From Myxococcales bacterium (GTDB lineage: Bacteria; Myxococcota_A; UBA9042): a stretch of DNA of 64,000 bases. The number at the start of each line of letters is the position of its first letter. Within the stretch, counting starts at the first letter, position 1. The position numbers and the translations under genes are program-made. The stretch is from contig SHZF01000004.1 of the NCBI GenBank assembly GCA_009692425.1, forward strand, positions 10,175 to 74,174, read 5' to 3'. Positions 1-7,274 of this stretch are shown here, one piece after another. Below the pieces are notes generated by a model, which had not been told where the DNA came from, ran no database searches, and was given only the letters and a program-made list of their open reading frames with translations.

Positions 1-655
1 CCTTGTCGTTGCAGTCCTCCTTGGTCACGCAGGCGCTGCACTTCGACTTATCGGTGCCCCCATCGAGGCACGCCTCACCGACTGCGCAATCGGCCTGCGT
101 CATGCAGCAGCCGCCCTTGTAGCTGTACTTGCAGACGTTGTAGGCGCAGTAGTCGAACGAACAGAAGACGCCGTCATCGCAATCGATGTCGTTCTGGCAC
201 GGCGAGCTGACGACGTAGTAGACGGAGCCGCGCGCCTCTGGGTTCGTGAGCTTCGTGCCGTTGTCGGAGGCGAGCGTGCACGTCAGCAGGTGCGTGCCCT
301 TGCTCATGTTGTTGAACGTGAACGAAGACGACTTGGTCGTGCCGACCGCAACATTGTCGATGTCGCACGCGACTTGCCCTAGGGTGAAGTCGCTGGTTAT
401 AAAGGCGAACTCCACCGAGGCCTTCTGGCCAGGCTGGACGAACGTAGACGACCAGTTGGCCGGCGCCATCACCTTCAGCGTCGGTTGCGTCAAGGCAAAG
501 GTCTCGACGTGGAATTCCGCATCGACGCCCGCCGCGTCGGGTGCGTGCGCGGGCGCGGGAGGCGGGCCCTCTTGCGTACACCCGGCGAGCCCGATTCCGG
601 TTAGCCCGCCCCCGGCAAGCGCGAGAACGGCGAGCGATGGCAGGCATGAGCGCAT
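1..655 (-). CDS. Cysteine-rich secreted lipoprotein, N-terminal 218 aa; the gene continues beyond the window start. Paralog of the three giant proteins at 13072-22163.
   Basis: Manual translation of the reverse strand from ATG at 655-653 gives MRSCLPSLAVLALAGGGLTGIGLAGC (lipobox LAGC) then ...CQNDIDCDDGVFCSFDYCAYNVCKYSYKGGCCMTQADC..., the same C-D-D-G-x-x-C-x-x-D-x-C repeat as the downstream giants. The reading frame stays open to position 1. The ORF track did not list it because it runs off the window. Confidence 0.7.
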   Translation of the reverse strand, partial: MRSCLPSLAVLALAGGGLTGIGLAGCTQEGPPPAPAHAPDAAGVDAEFHVETFALTQPTLKVMAPANWSSTFVQPGQKASVEFAFITSDFTLGQVACDIDNVAVGTTKSSSFTFNNMSKGTHLLTCTLASDNGTKLTNPEARGSVYYVVSSPCQNDIDCDDGVFCSFDYCAYNVCKYSYKGGCCMTQADCAVGEACLDGGTDKSKCSACVTKEDCNDK

Positions 656-1085
656 GGAACGGCCTCTGGGCGAGGCCTCCACGGGCAAGGCACGCAAGGC
701 CCCGGCCGGCTCGATGCAGAGGTACTGGCGGACACGGCGCTCGATTCGCATCTCAACCCTCTCAACGACAGGCCTCGCCGGGGCCGCGGCAGGGCGCGAG
801 CGGTGGGGCGGATGGATCGAAGCGGGCGAAGAAGGAGAGATCCAGGTTGCCGAGCTTGCGCTGGCGCACACTTGCGCGGGCCGGTTGCCCGCGCCATCCC
901 TGAACCCTCTGCTTCGCCGTACTCTCGATCATCGCACCGAACCGTCGGCTTGGCGCCGCGCTCCGGGACTCAGTTGTCGCGTCGGCACGGTTGCGCGTGC
1001 AACCGTTGTCGACACAGTTGCAGGTGTCGACACTGCTGCAGGGGATCGGAGGGACGCGGTGGCTCTGCCCATTGGGCGTCGGTCC

Positions 1086-1204
1086 GAGTGGCGGCGACGT
1101 CTCTGAGAGGACGACGTCTCCGAGAGGACGACGTCTCCGAGAGGACATAGCCGCCCGGAGGACACAGCCGCCCGGAGGACATTGCCGCCGGGAGGACACT
1201 GCCA
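1086..1204. repeat. Tandem array of seven 17-bp units. Three are gacgtctc(t/c)gagaggac and four are a(t/c)(a/t)gcc(g/a)cc(c/g)ggaggac. The array lies in the 730-bp region upstream of the divergent Cys-rich lipoprotein gene.
   Basis: Direct reading: gacgtctctgagaggac, gacgtctccgagaggac, gacgtctccgagaggac, atagccgcccggaggac, acagccgcccggaggac, attgccgccgggaggac, actgccaccgggaggag. All units share the same 17-bp phase and a ...gaggac 3' end. Confidence 0.8.
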
Positions 1205-1384
1205 CCGGGAGGAGGCAGAGAGCCGGGTGGATCAAACCCGAACTCTCGATTCTGAACGGCAGTTCGCCGTTTCGTCGTCACCCAGGCGCACGCAGCGCCG
1301 TGAAACGACCCTCCATCGGGCAGGCTAACAAAGCGATGGCGCAATGGCAAGCAGATGATTTCGAGCGGCGGCGCCGGACGAGTC

Positions 1385-2104
1385 TCACGGCCTGAGCTGG
1401 GGCAACTCGAGGGCGCGCCCTGCGCCGAGTTGCACTGCATATTGCGACCCGTGTGCAGCCACGAGTGCGCTGCGGTGGGCAGCGGAAGTCGCGGTCGTGA
1501 GCGCCGCGTAGGTCGTGGCGGCGCTGCCGCACAGCGCGAGTCCGGCGCCCGCGCTAGGCTCGGTGGCTACGTTCAAGGCGATGCCATGACCCGCGACCCC
1601 GTGGGCTTCGTGCAAGCCCAGGCTGGCGAATTTGCCGCCAGCGAACCACACGCCGGCGTCGGCGCCACTGCGCACTTCCGCGGCACAACCGTATGAACGG
1701 GCCAGTTCTGCGGCGGCGAACAACAATTCGGCAGCGAGGCCTGCGAGACCAGTGCGTTCACAGCGCACCGCAACGAAAGCAACAAGTTGGCCGGGCGCAT
1801 GCAGCGTGCCGAGGCCGCCGCGTGGAGCGGGCTCCACCGCGATGCGCTGCGTGGCGCACTGGGCGATCGTGGCAGCGAGCGCGGCCCGTCCGGCGGGCAG
1901 GTGGGCGCGCCGGCCCAGCGTAAAGATGGGCTCGGCAGGCTCGAACAGGAGGAGTTCCGCGCAGCCAGTTTCCGCCACGACGGCCTCCGCGGCGGCGTTG
2001 GCGGCCAGCGCGGTGCCGAACGGAATGCGGCCGAGCCAGCGCGTGCGTGCGCCGCGGAGCCACCCGCTTGCGCAAGTGCAGGCCGGGTTCAGCGACGCAT
2101 TCAT
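1385..2104 (-). CDS. lipB: Lipoyl(octanoyl) transferase LipB
   Basis: RGGLGTLHAPGQLV, KFASLGLH...GHGIALNV match the LipB catalytic region (RGGxxTxHGPGQ / G(L/I)ALNV). Confidence 0.8.
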   Translation of the reverse strand: MNASLNPACTCASGWLRGARTRWLGRIPFGTALAANAAAEAVVAETGCAELLLFEPAEPIFTLGRRAHLPAGRAALAATIAQCATQRIAVEPAPRGGLGTLHAPGQLVAFVAVRCERTGLAGLAAELLFAAAELARSYGCAAEVRSGADAGVWFAGGKFASLGLHEAHGVAGHGIALNVATEPSAGAGLALCGSAATTYAALTTATSAAHRSALVAAHGSQYAVQLGAGRALELPQLRP

Positions 2105-2946
2105 CCGCGCAGCGCGAGCCAGGCCTGGACGACCGCCCCGCCGAACAGGACGCCATCGACGCGATCGAGCATGCCGCCGTGCCCAGGCAGCAGTGCGCCC
2201 GAGTCCTTGGTATCGGTGGCGCGCTTGAACAGGGACTCCGCGAGATCGCCGAGTTGGCCGGCAATGCCCACGGCGGCACCCAGCGCCAACCCACCGACAA
2301 CGGCGCCGCCGGGGAGGAGCGCCCAGATCGTGAACAGTCCTGCCGCCATGGATGCGATCAGCCCCCCTACGGCGCCCTCGACCGTCTTCTTCGGGCTGAC
2401 GAGCGCGTGGAAGCGGCGGCGCCCGAATGCCCGGCCCGCGAAATAGGCACCCGTGTCACCGGCGAACACGATGACGAAAGTGCCCATGAGGGCGCCGCGC
2501 CCTTCGTCGAAGGGTCCCAGCACGAACCCGCCGACCTGGGCCGATGCGGCAGCCGGCAGCGCCGACCGCCCGTACATTGCGACGAGCGCGCCGATCAACA
2601 TGCCGACGTATCCGATCGCCAGCACCCCGAGCCCCGCGCGGCGGGCGGCCGTGCCCACGTCATCGACGCGCCACAGGGCGATCGTCATCGCGCCGAGGGG
2701 TCCGAGCGCCACGACCATGGGCCACAGGGCGGGGCCGAGCAGGGGGGAGAGCGCGACGGCGACGGTCAGGACCTCGCATACGATGCGGTCCAGCATCCGC
2801 ATGTCGCGGTACATCCGCAGGAGTTCGGCCGTACACCGCCAGGCGGCAAAACCGAGCACGCCATACAGCGCAGCCTTCGGAGCCCACAGCACGACCCACA
2901 CGAGCAGGGGGGCCAGTACGAGCCCGGTGGCGATGCGGACGAACAC
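2101..2946 (-). CDS. cdsA: Phosphatidate cytidylyltransferase CdsA
   Basis: Multi-TM protein with SPKKTVEG, GDLAESLFKR, GHGGMLDRVDG, the CTP_transf_1 signature. Confidence 0.85.
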   Translation of the reverse strand: MFVRIATGLVLAPLLVWVVLWAPKAALYGVLGFAAWRCTAELLRMYRDMRMLDRIVCEVLTVAVALSPLLGPALWPMVVALGPLGAMTIALWRVDDVGTAARRAGLGVLAIGYVGMLIGALVAMYGRSALPAAASAQVGGFVLGPFDEGRGALMGTFVIVFAGDTGAYFAGRAFGRRRFHALVSPKKTVEGAVGGLIASMAAGLFTIWALLPGGAVVGGLALGAAVGIAGQLGDLAESLFKRATDTKDSGALLPGHGGMLDRVDGVLFGGAVVQAWLALRG

Positions 2947-3044
2947 GGGCGACCTCGCTGGGAACCGGCAGACGCGCGTATGAGGGCGTCGAAAGCGGGC
3001 TTGCGTGCTGCAACGCTACTGCGCGGTGCGCGCGCGAACAAGGA

Positions 3045-3881
3045 TCACGAGCGCGGTGTCGCTTCGGATCGGCCGAACCGGCGTTGGCGGCGGGCATAGT
3101 CGAGCAAGGCGGCGGCCAGTTCAGGCTCCCCGAATTCCGGCCAGGTCGTGTCGGTGAACCACAACTCCGCGTATGCGCACTGCCACAGCAGGAAGTTCGA
3201 CAGGCGCCGCTCGCCGGACGTGCGCACGATGAGGTCGGGAGGCCCGGCCAGAGGGGCAGTCCACAGCGCGGACTCGAAGCGGGTTTCGTCGATCGCGTCC
3301 AGCGCCAGGCGGCCAGATTGCACCTCGGCGGCGAGACGGCGGGCGGCGGCGACGATCTCCTCACGGCCTCCATAGGACAGGCAAAGGCACAGCGTCATGC
3401 CGGTGCCGTCGGCAGTCGCCCGCATGGTCGCTTCGAGGGCCGCGCGCACGCCGAGCGGCAACCGGGCGAGGTCTCCGATCGCCAGCAACCGGATGCCATT
3501 GTCACGCATTTCGCGCAGTTCGCCAGCCAGGTACTCGACGAGCAACCCCATCAGGGCATCGACCTCGCCGCGCGGTCGCGCCCAATTCTGCGCACTGAAC
3601 GCGTAGAGGGTGAGCGTCCGCAGGCCCAAGCGGCGGGCCATGCGCGTGACCGTGCGCACCGTGGCGGCGCCCGCGCGGTGGCCGTCCTGGCGCGCGAGGC
3701 CACGGGCCTGCGCCCAACGGCCGTTGCCGTCCATGACGACCGCGAGGTGGCGGGGCAGACGTCCCTGACACCGCGCGAGGTCGAGGTCGTCTTGCCATGC
3801 CGAACTGGGGGCCGACTGCGTGCCGGTCGCGGCGGCGTAGGCCGGAAAATCATGGGATGCCATGAGGTTCTCCTTTGACAA
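3045..3881 (-). CDS. uppS: Undecaprenyl-diphosphate synthase UppS. It has a ~40 aa N-terminal extension, so the true start may be an internal Met.
   Basis: HLAVVMDGNGRWA, RTSGERRLSNFLLWQ are canonical cis-prenyltransferase motifs. Confidence 0.88.
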   Translation of the reverse strand: MSKENLMASHDFPAYAAATGTQSAPSSAWQDDLDLARCQGRLPRHLAVVMDGNGRWAQARGLARQDGHRAGAATVRTVTRMARRLGLRTLTLYAFSAQNWARPRGEVDALMGLLVEYLAGELREMRDNGIRLLAIGDLARLPLGVRAALEATMRATADGTGMTLCLCLSYGGREEIVAAARRLAAEVQSGRLALDAIDETRFESALWTAPLAGPPDLIVRTSGERRLSNFLLWQCAYAELWFTDTTWPEFGEPELAAALLDYARRQRRFGRSEATPRS

Positions 3882-4848
3882 CCGGCGCCGTGACCGGGGC
3901 CTCGCGGGCAGCCGGCCACGCGCAGCCGCGCCACAGCACCCACCCGGCCCACGCCGCGAGAGGGAGGCTGATGAGTTGAGACGTGGACAGCAGGCCGCCC
4001 AGCCACAGGCCGCGGTCGTCGGCGCGCAGGAATTCGACGCCGAACCGGAACACTGCGTACGACAACATGAACCAGAAGAACACCTCGCCGTCGAAGCGGG
4101 CGCCCTTCTTGTAGCGAGCCCGACACACCAAGAAGATCACCGCGCAAGCCATGGCTTCGTAGAGCTGCGTGGCATGGACGGGCAGGCTGGCCCGGGCGAG
4201 GTCGGACAGGCGGTGTTCGGCGAGGTGGTGGTCCCAGGCCGGCGAGTGGCGCGGGAATGCGAGGCCGAAGGGGCCATCGGTGACCCGACCGAAGCAGCAG
4301 CCGGCGAGGACGCAGCCGGTGCGGCCGAACACGAGGCCCAGCGCGATCGCCCACGCGGCAATGTCGGCAAAGCGCCACACCGGCACCCGGCGGCGGCGCA
4401 GGAACCACAGCCCGGTCGGCACCGCGAGCAGGAAGCCGCCGTAGTAGGCATAGCCGCCGTACCATATCTTGACCACGCGCAGGCAGTCGCGATGCTGGCG
4501 GCACAGCCCGCTGGCGGCCTCGCACCAGTCGCCCAGGCCGGCGTCGAGGCACTGCGCGTCTGCGGCGCACTTCATGCCGTGGCCGAGCGCGAGCGCGGGC
4601 ACGGCCAAGGGGTCGGTGCAGAGGTGGACGTAGTCCCAGAATTGGCCGTCGGCGACAATGTGCAGCGCGCGCGCACCGACCAGGCCGCACGCCAGCATTA
4701 GCAGGCCGCAATCCAAGATGGCATTGCCGTCGAGTCCGACGCGCATTCCTTCGGCGTGGGCCCACAAGATCGCGAGCGTGAAGCCGACCATCAGCAGCGT
4801 AAAGTACGCTGGCAATACGGTGATGCCGAGGTCGAACGAAGGATGCAT
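3850..4848 (-). CDS. lgt: Prolipoprotein diacylglyceryl transferase Lgt. It carries a ~50 aa Cys-rich insertion before the W-x-GG-x-x-x-GG motif.
   Basis: MHPSFDLGITVLP start found at 4848-4846. Motifs IWYGGYAYYGG, GRTGCVLAGCCFG, HATQLYE, FLRADDRG. The 722-aa track ORF 3850..6018 continues upstream in-frame by chance, but that part is Arg-rich garbage and overlaps lspA. Confidence 0.82.
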   Translation of the reverse strand: MHPSFDLGITVLPAYFTLLMVGFTLAILWAHAEGMRVGLDGNAILDCGLLMLACGLVGARALHIVADGQFWDYVHLCTDPLAVPALALGHGMKCAADAQCLDAGLGDWCEAASGLCRQHRDCLRVVKIWYGGYAYYGGFLLAVPTGLWFLRRRRVPVWRFADIAAWAIALGLVFGRTGCVLAGCCFGRVTDGPFGLAFPRHSPAWDHHLAEHRLSDLARASLPVHATQLYEAMACAVIFLVCRARYKKGARFDGEVFFWFMLSYAVFRFGVEFLRADDRGLWLGGLLSTSQLISLPLAAWAGWVLWRGCAWPAAREAPVTAPVVKGEPHGIP

Positions 4849-4853
4849 CGACG

Positions 4854-5837
4854 TCAGCGCCCGGCGGGAGGTGCGACGGCGCTTGCGTCGACCGGCCGCT
4901 TGGCGAGGACCATCTCGAGCGCAATCGCGATGACCCCGGCCGTGATGCCGATGTCGGCGACGTTGTAGACGGGCCAGCCATAGACGCGCTCGGCCCCGAC
5001 GACGAAGTTGTAGACGAAGTCGACGACGACGTGGAAGCGCAGGCGATCGACGAGGTTGCCCAGGGCTCCGCCGAGAATCGCGGCGAGGGCCCAGGACGAC
5101 CAGGCAGTGCCCATGCGCCCCTGCCACAGCGTCCAGCCCATGGCGAGGCTGGCGACCAGTGAGATCACGACGAAAAGCACGTGACGGAAACCAGCTGGTG
5201 CGGTCGCGAGGAAGCTCCAGGCGGCGCCAGGATTCTCGGCATACACATAGGAGAAGTAGCCGTCGATCACCGAAATGGTGCGTTCTCGCAGCAGGTACGT
5301 CACCCCGGGCTCGCGCGGCGCGGTCGGGTCGGCGACGGTGCCGCGCGTCTGCACCGTGTGTGCGTCGAACAGGGACTGCACCGCCGCGGCGTCGACCCGC
5401 CACGCCTTTGCGGCGACCTCGGCGAGCGACTGCCCGACGTCCTGTTGGCGGACCCAGGCGCGGCGCGGCGCCGGAAAGCCAGAGCCCTGCAACGCGGTCA
5501 GGTCGAGCCCGACATCTTCGGCCTGGACCGCGCTGCTGGCGGCACGGCCCGCCCACTTGTGAGCCCGCACGACGAGACCGTTGCGCACCGCAGCGGCAAA
5601 TTCGCCAGCGGAGACGCCGCGCCGGGCGAACGCAGCAGCCACGGTGTGGTCCTCCGGTTGGGCGCCGGCGGGGACGGCGAGCGGGTGGACGACGTTGGCG
5701 AGCGCCTCGATGGCCCACTGCTTGGACCACAGATCGAGGCCCAGGGTCAGCGCGACGCAGGCGAACAGCAGGGTGCGGGCAGGCGGTGGCGACGACATCG
5801 AGACTCCTGCCCAGCGTGCGCGGCGCAGTCGGTTCAC
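4854..5837 (-). CDS. lspA: Lipoprotein signal peptidase II (LspA). It is unusually long at 327 aa, with a ~150 aa insertion between conserved N- and C-terminal blocks. A later start (e.g. Met14, 5798) is possible.
   Basis: LDLWSKQWA near the N-terminus. GGALGNLVDRLRFHVVVDFVYNF...WPVYNVADIGITAGVIAIAL near the C-terminus, the signal peptidase II catalytic Asp blocks. The stop at 4854 lies 6 nt before the lgt start. Confidence 0.78.
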   Translation of the reverse strand: MNRLRRARWAGVSMSSPPPARTLLFACVALTLGLDLWSKQWAIEALANVVHPLAVPAGAQPEDHTVAAAFARRGVSAGEFAAAVRNGLVVRAHKWAGRAASSAVQAEDVGLDLTALQGSGFPAPRRAWVRQQDVGQSLAEVAAKAWRVDAAAVQSLFDAHTVQTRGTVADPTAPREPGVTYLLRERTISVIDGYFSYVYAENPGAAWSFLATAPAGFRHVLFVVISLVASLAMGWTLWQGRMGTAWSSWALAAILGGALGNLVDRLRFHVVVDFVYNFVVGAERVYGWPVYNVADIGITAGVIAIALEMVLAKRPVDASAVAPPAGR

Positions 5838-6035
5838 CGGCCCGACAACCCGACTGCCCTGGGGGAGATTCCGGGTCCGCGAAAGGGGGCGGGATTGTGC
5901 GGGCGGCGTCGGGCGCCGTCAACGAGATGCTGTCCCCCGACCGCCGCCTTCGGCGCATTTTGTCGTTGCCGTCGTCGGTTGGCGGTTCGACGCACCCGGT
6001 GTACGCCTTCACCGCCAACCTCCTAGGCGCCTAGA

Positions 6036-6059
6036 ACTGAACAAGAATTCGGCGTTCAG
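6036..6059. promoter_or_regulatory. Perfect 6-bp inverted repeat CTGAAC-N12-GTTCAG (contains GAATTC) in the divergent lspA / 6179-gene intergenic region; candidate operator.
   Basis: Read directly: ctgaacaagaattcggcgttcag. It sits in a local AT-richer patch of an otherwise GC-rich intergenic region. Confidence 0.3.
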
Positions 6060-6178
6060 GGAAGGTTGGCTGGTGCATCGGGGGGCCCGCGTGCTCGCTG
6101 CCGGTCGCACGACGGTTGCGTGCCGGACCGAGGCCCGCCTACGCTGTGCGTGCGCCCGGTGCGGTGCGGTGAACCTGC

Positions 6179-7030
6179 GTGACACGCGCCTCCCTCGATA
6201 CGGGCAGTCCTTGCCACCATGCAGGCGACGGCCCCCACTGCGTCCTGTGCGGCGCGAACGCAGCCGGCCAGCGGGTCCCAGCCGAGAACGCGCCGATTGC
6301 GGTGGATGCTGCCGTGCGCGGAGCCCTCGACGGTGGAGCGACGGCCATCGTGCTGCGCGGTGGCGACCTGCTGCAGCGCCCCGACGCGCTCGACATGCTG
6401 GCCCGGGCGACGCAGTTCGGGGCACGCGACATCGAAGTGTGGACGGCGGGCCGGGCCTTGGCGCGGGCCGGCGCGGCCGAGGCAGTGCGGGCGGCCGGCG
6501 TGACTCGTGTCGCCATCCCCCTGCACGGCGACACGGCGGCGGCCCACGATTGGGTGGTGGGGCAGGCAGGTGCCTTCCAGCAAGCGCTCGCGGCGCTGAA
6601 GCGGGCGCGCGCTGCCGGTCTGCGCACGACGGTGCTCGCGTCGGTCGTGCGTCCGACGTACCGCCAGTTAGGCGGACTCGTGCAGAAGGCGCTGGCGCTG
6701 CAGGTCGATGGTTTCCGCTTCATCCGGGTCGATGGGACGGAGCGCGAGCGCAATCCCCTGCTCGCGCCGCCGGCGCTGGCGGGTCCGTGGGTGGCGAGCG
6801 CTGTCGTGCGAGCCGAGGCCGCACGCCGGCGAGTCGCCATCGAGGGGTTGCCTGCGTGCGTGCTCGGAACTGCCGCCGCGCACATCGAAACGGGCCTCAG
6901 CGGCTCCGGCGAGCAGGGGCCGCCGTGCGCCACCTGCACATGGCGCGCGCGCTGTGCCGGCATGCCGCCGCTTGCCGTGGTCGCGCACGGGTGGACCGCA
7001 ATCGAAGCCCGCCGGGATGTGCCGCACTGA
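6179..7030 (+). CDS. Radical-SAM-like protein with a noncanonical Cys spacing (C-x8-C-x2-C instead of CxxxCxxC) and a Cys-rich C-terminus; GTG start.
   Basis: SPCHHAGDGPHCVLCG at the N-terminus. IVLRGGDLLQRPD resembles the GGEPLL(R)xD SAM-binding block of the MoaA/PqqE type. C-terminal CVLG...CATCTWRARC. Strong GC3 bias in this frame supports coding. Confidence 0.55.
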   Translation: MTRASLDTGSPCHHAGDGPHCVLCGANAAGQRVPAENAPIAVDAAVRGALDGGATAIVLRGGDLLQRPDALDMLARATQFGARDIEVWTAGRALARAGAAEAVRAAGVTRVAIPLHGDTAAAHDWVVGQAGAFQQALAALKRARAAGLRTTVLASVVRPTYRQLGGLVQKALALQVDGFRFIRVDGTERERNPLLAPPALAGPWVASAVVRAEAARRRVAIEGLPACVLGTAAAHIETGLSGSGEQGPPCATCTWRARCAGMPPLAVVAHGWTAIEARRDVPH

Positions 7031-7274
7031 CGGGCGGGAGTCGCGCGCCTCCGGTATCGGCAACCGAAACGCCCATAGAAGCAACAATCTCGCTGGCGGG
7101 GCTTGCAATCCGCACGGTCTGGACCCCATCCTGCAAGGCGCGCAATCTGCGGTCGCCCGATCGGGTCGGCCGCAGCGAACCCCGGAGCCGTCCCCCGGCC
7201 GATCGGTTCGCAGCGCCAGTCCGCAGCGAGCGGCCCACCCGGTGCCGCCGCGCGACCTTGGGACGGAGCCAGTC

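Noticed and set aside
1086-1204. Tandem repeat array considered as a possible CRISPR array
   Set aside because: The units are contiguous 17-mers with no unique spacers and no cas genes nearby. This is not a CRISPR array.
3850-6018. 722-aa ORF spanning lgt and lspA, and the 476-aa ORF 3551..4981
   Set aside because: Only the C-terminal 333 aa, from MHPSFDLG, are Lgt-like. The upstream part is Arg-rich and overlaps the genuine lspA frame. 3551..4981 is an antisense/off-frame artefact.
6708-7274. N-terminal 189-codon extension of the first radical SAM ORF (track start 6708)
   Set aside because: The extension overlaps the 6179-7030 gene in another frame and is Arg/Pro/Ser-rich. Codon GC3 bias and an RBS begin at 7275.
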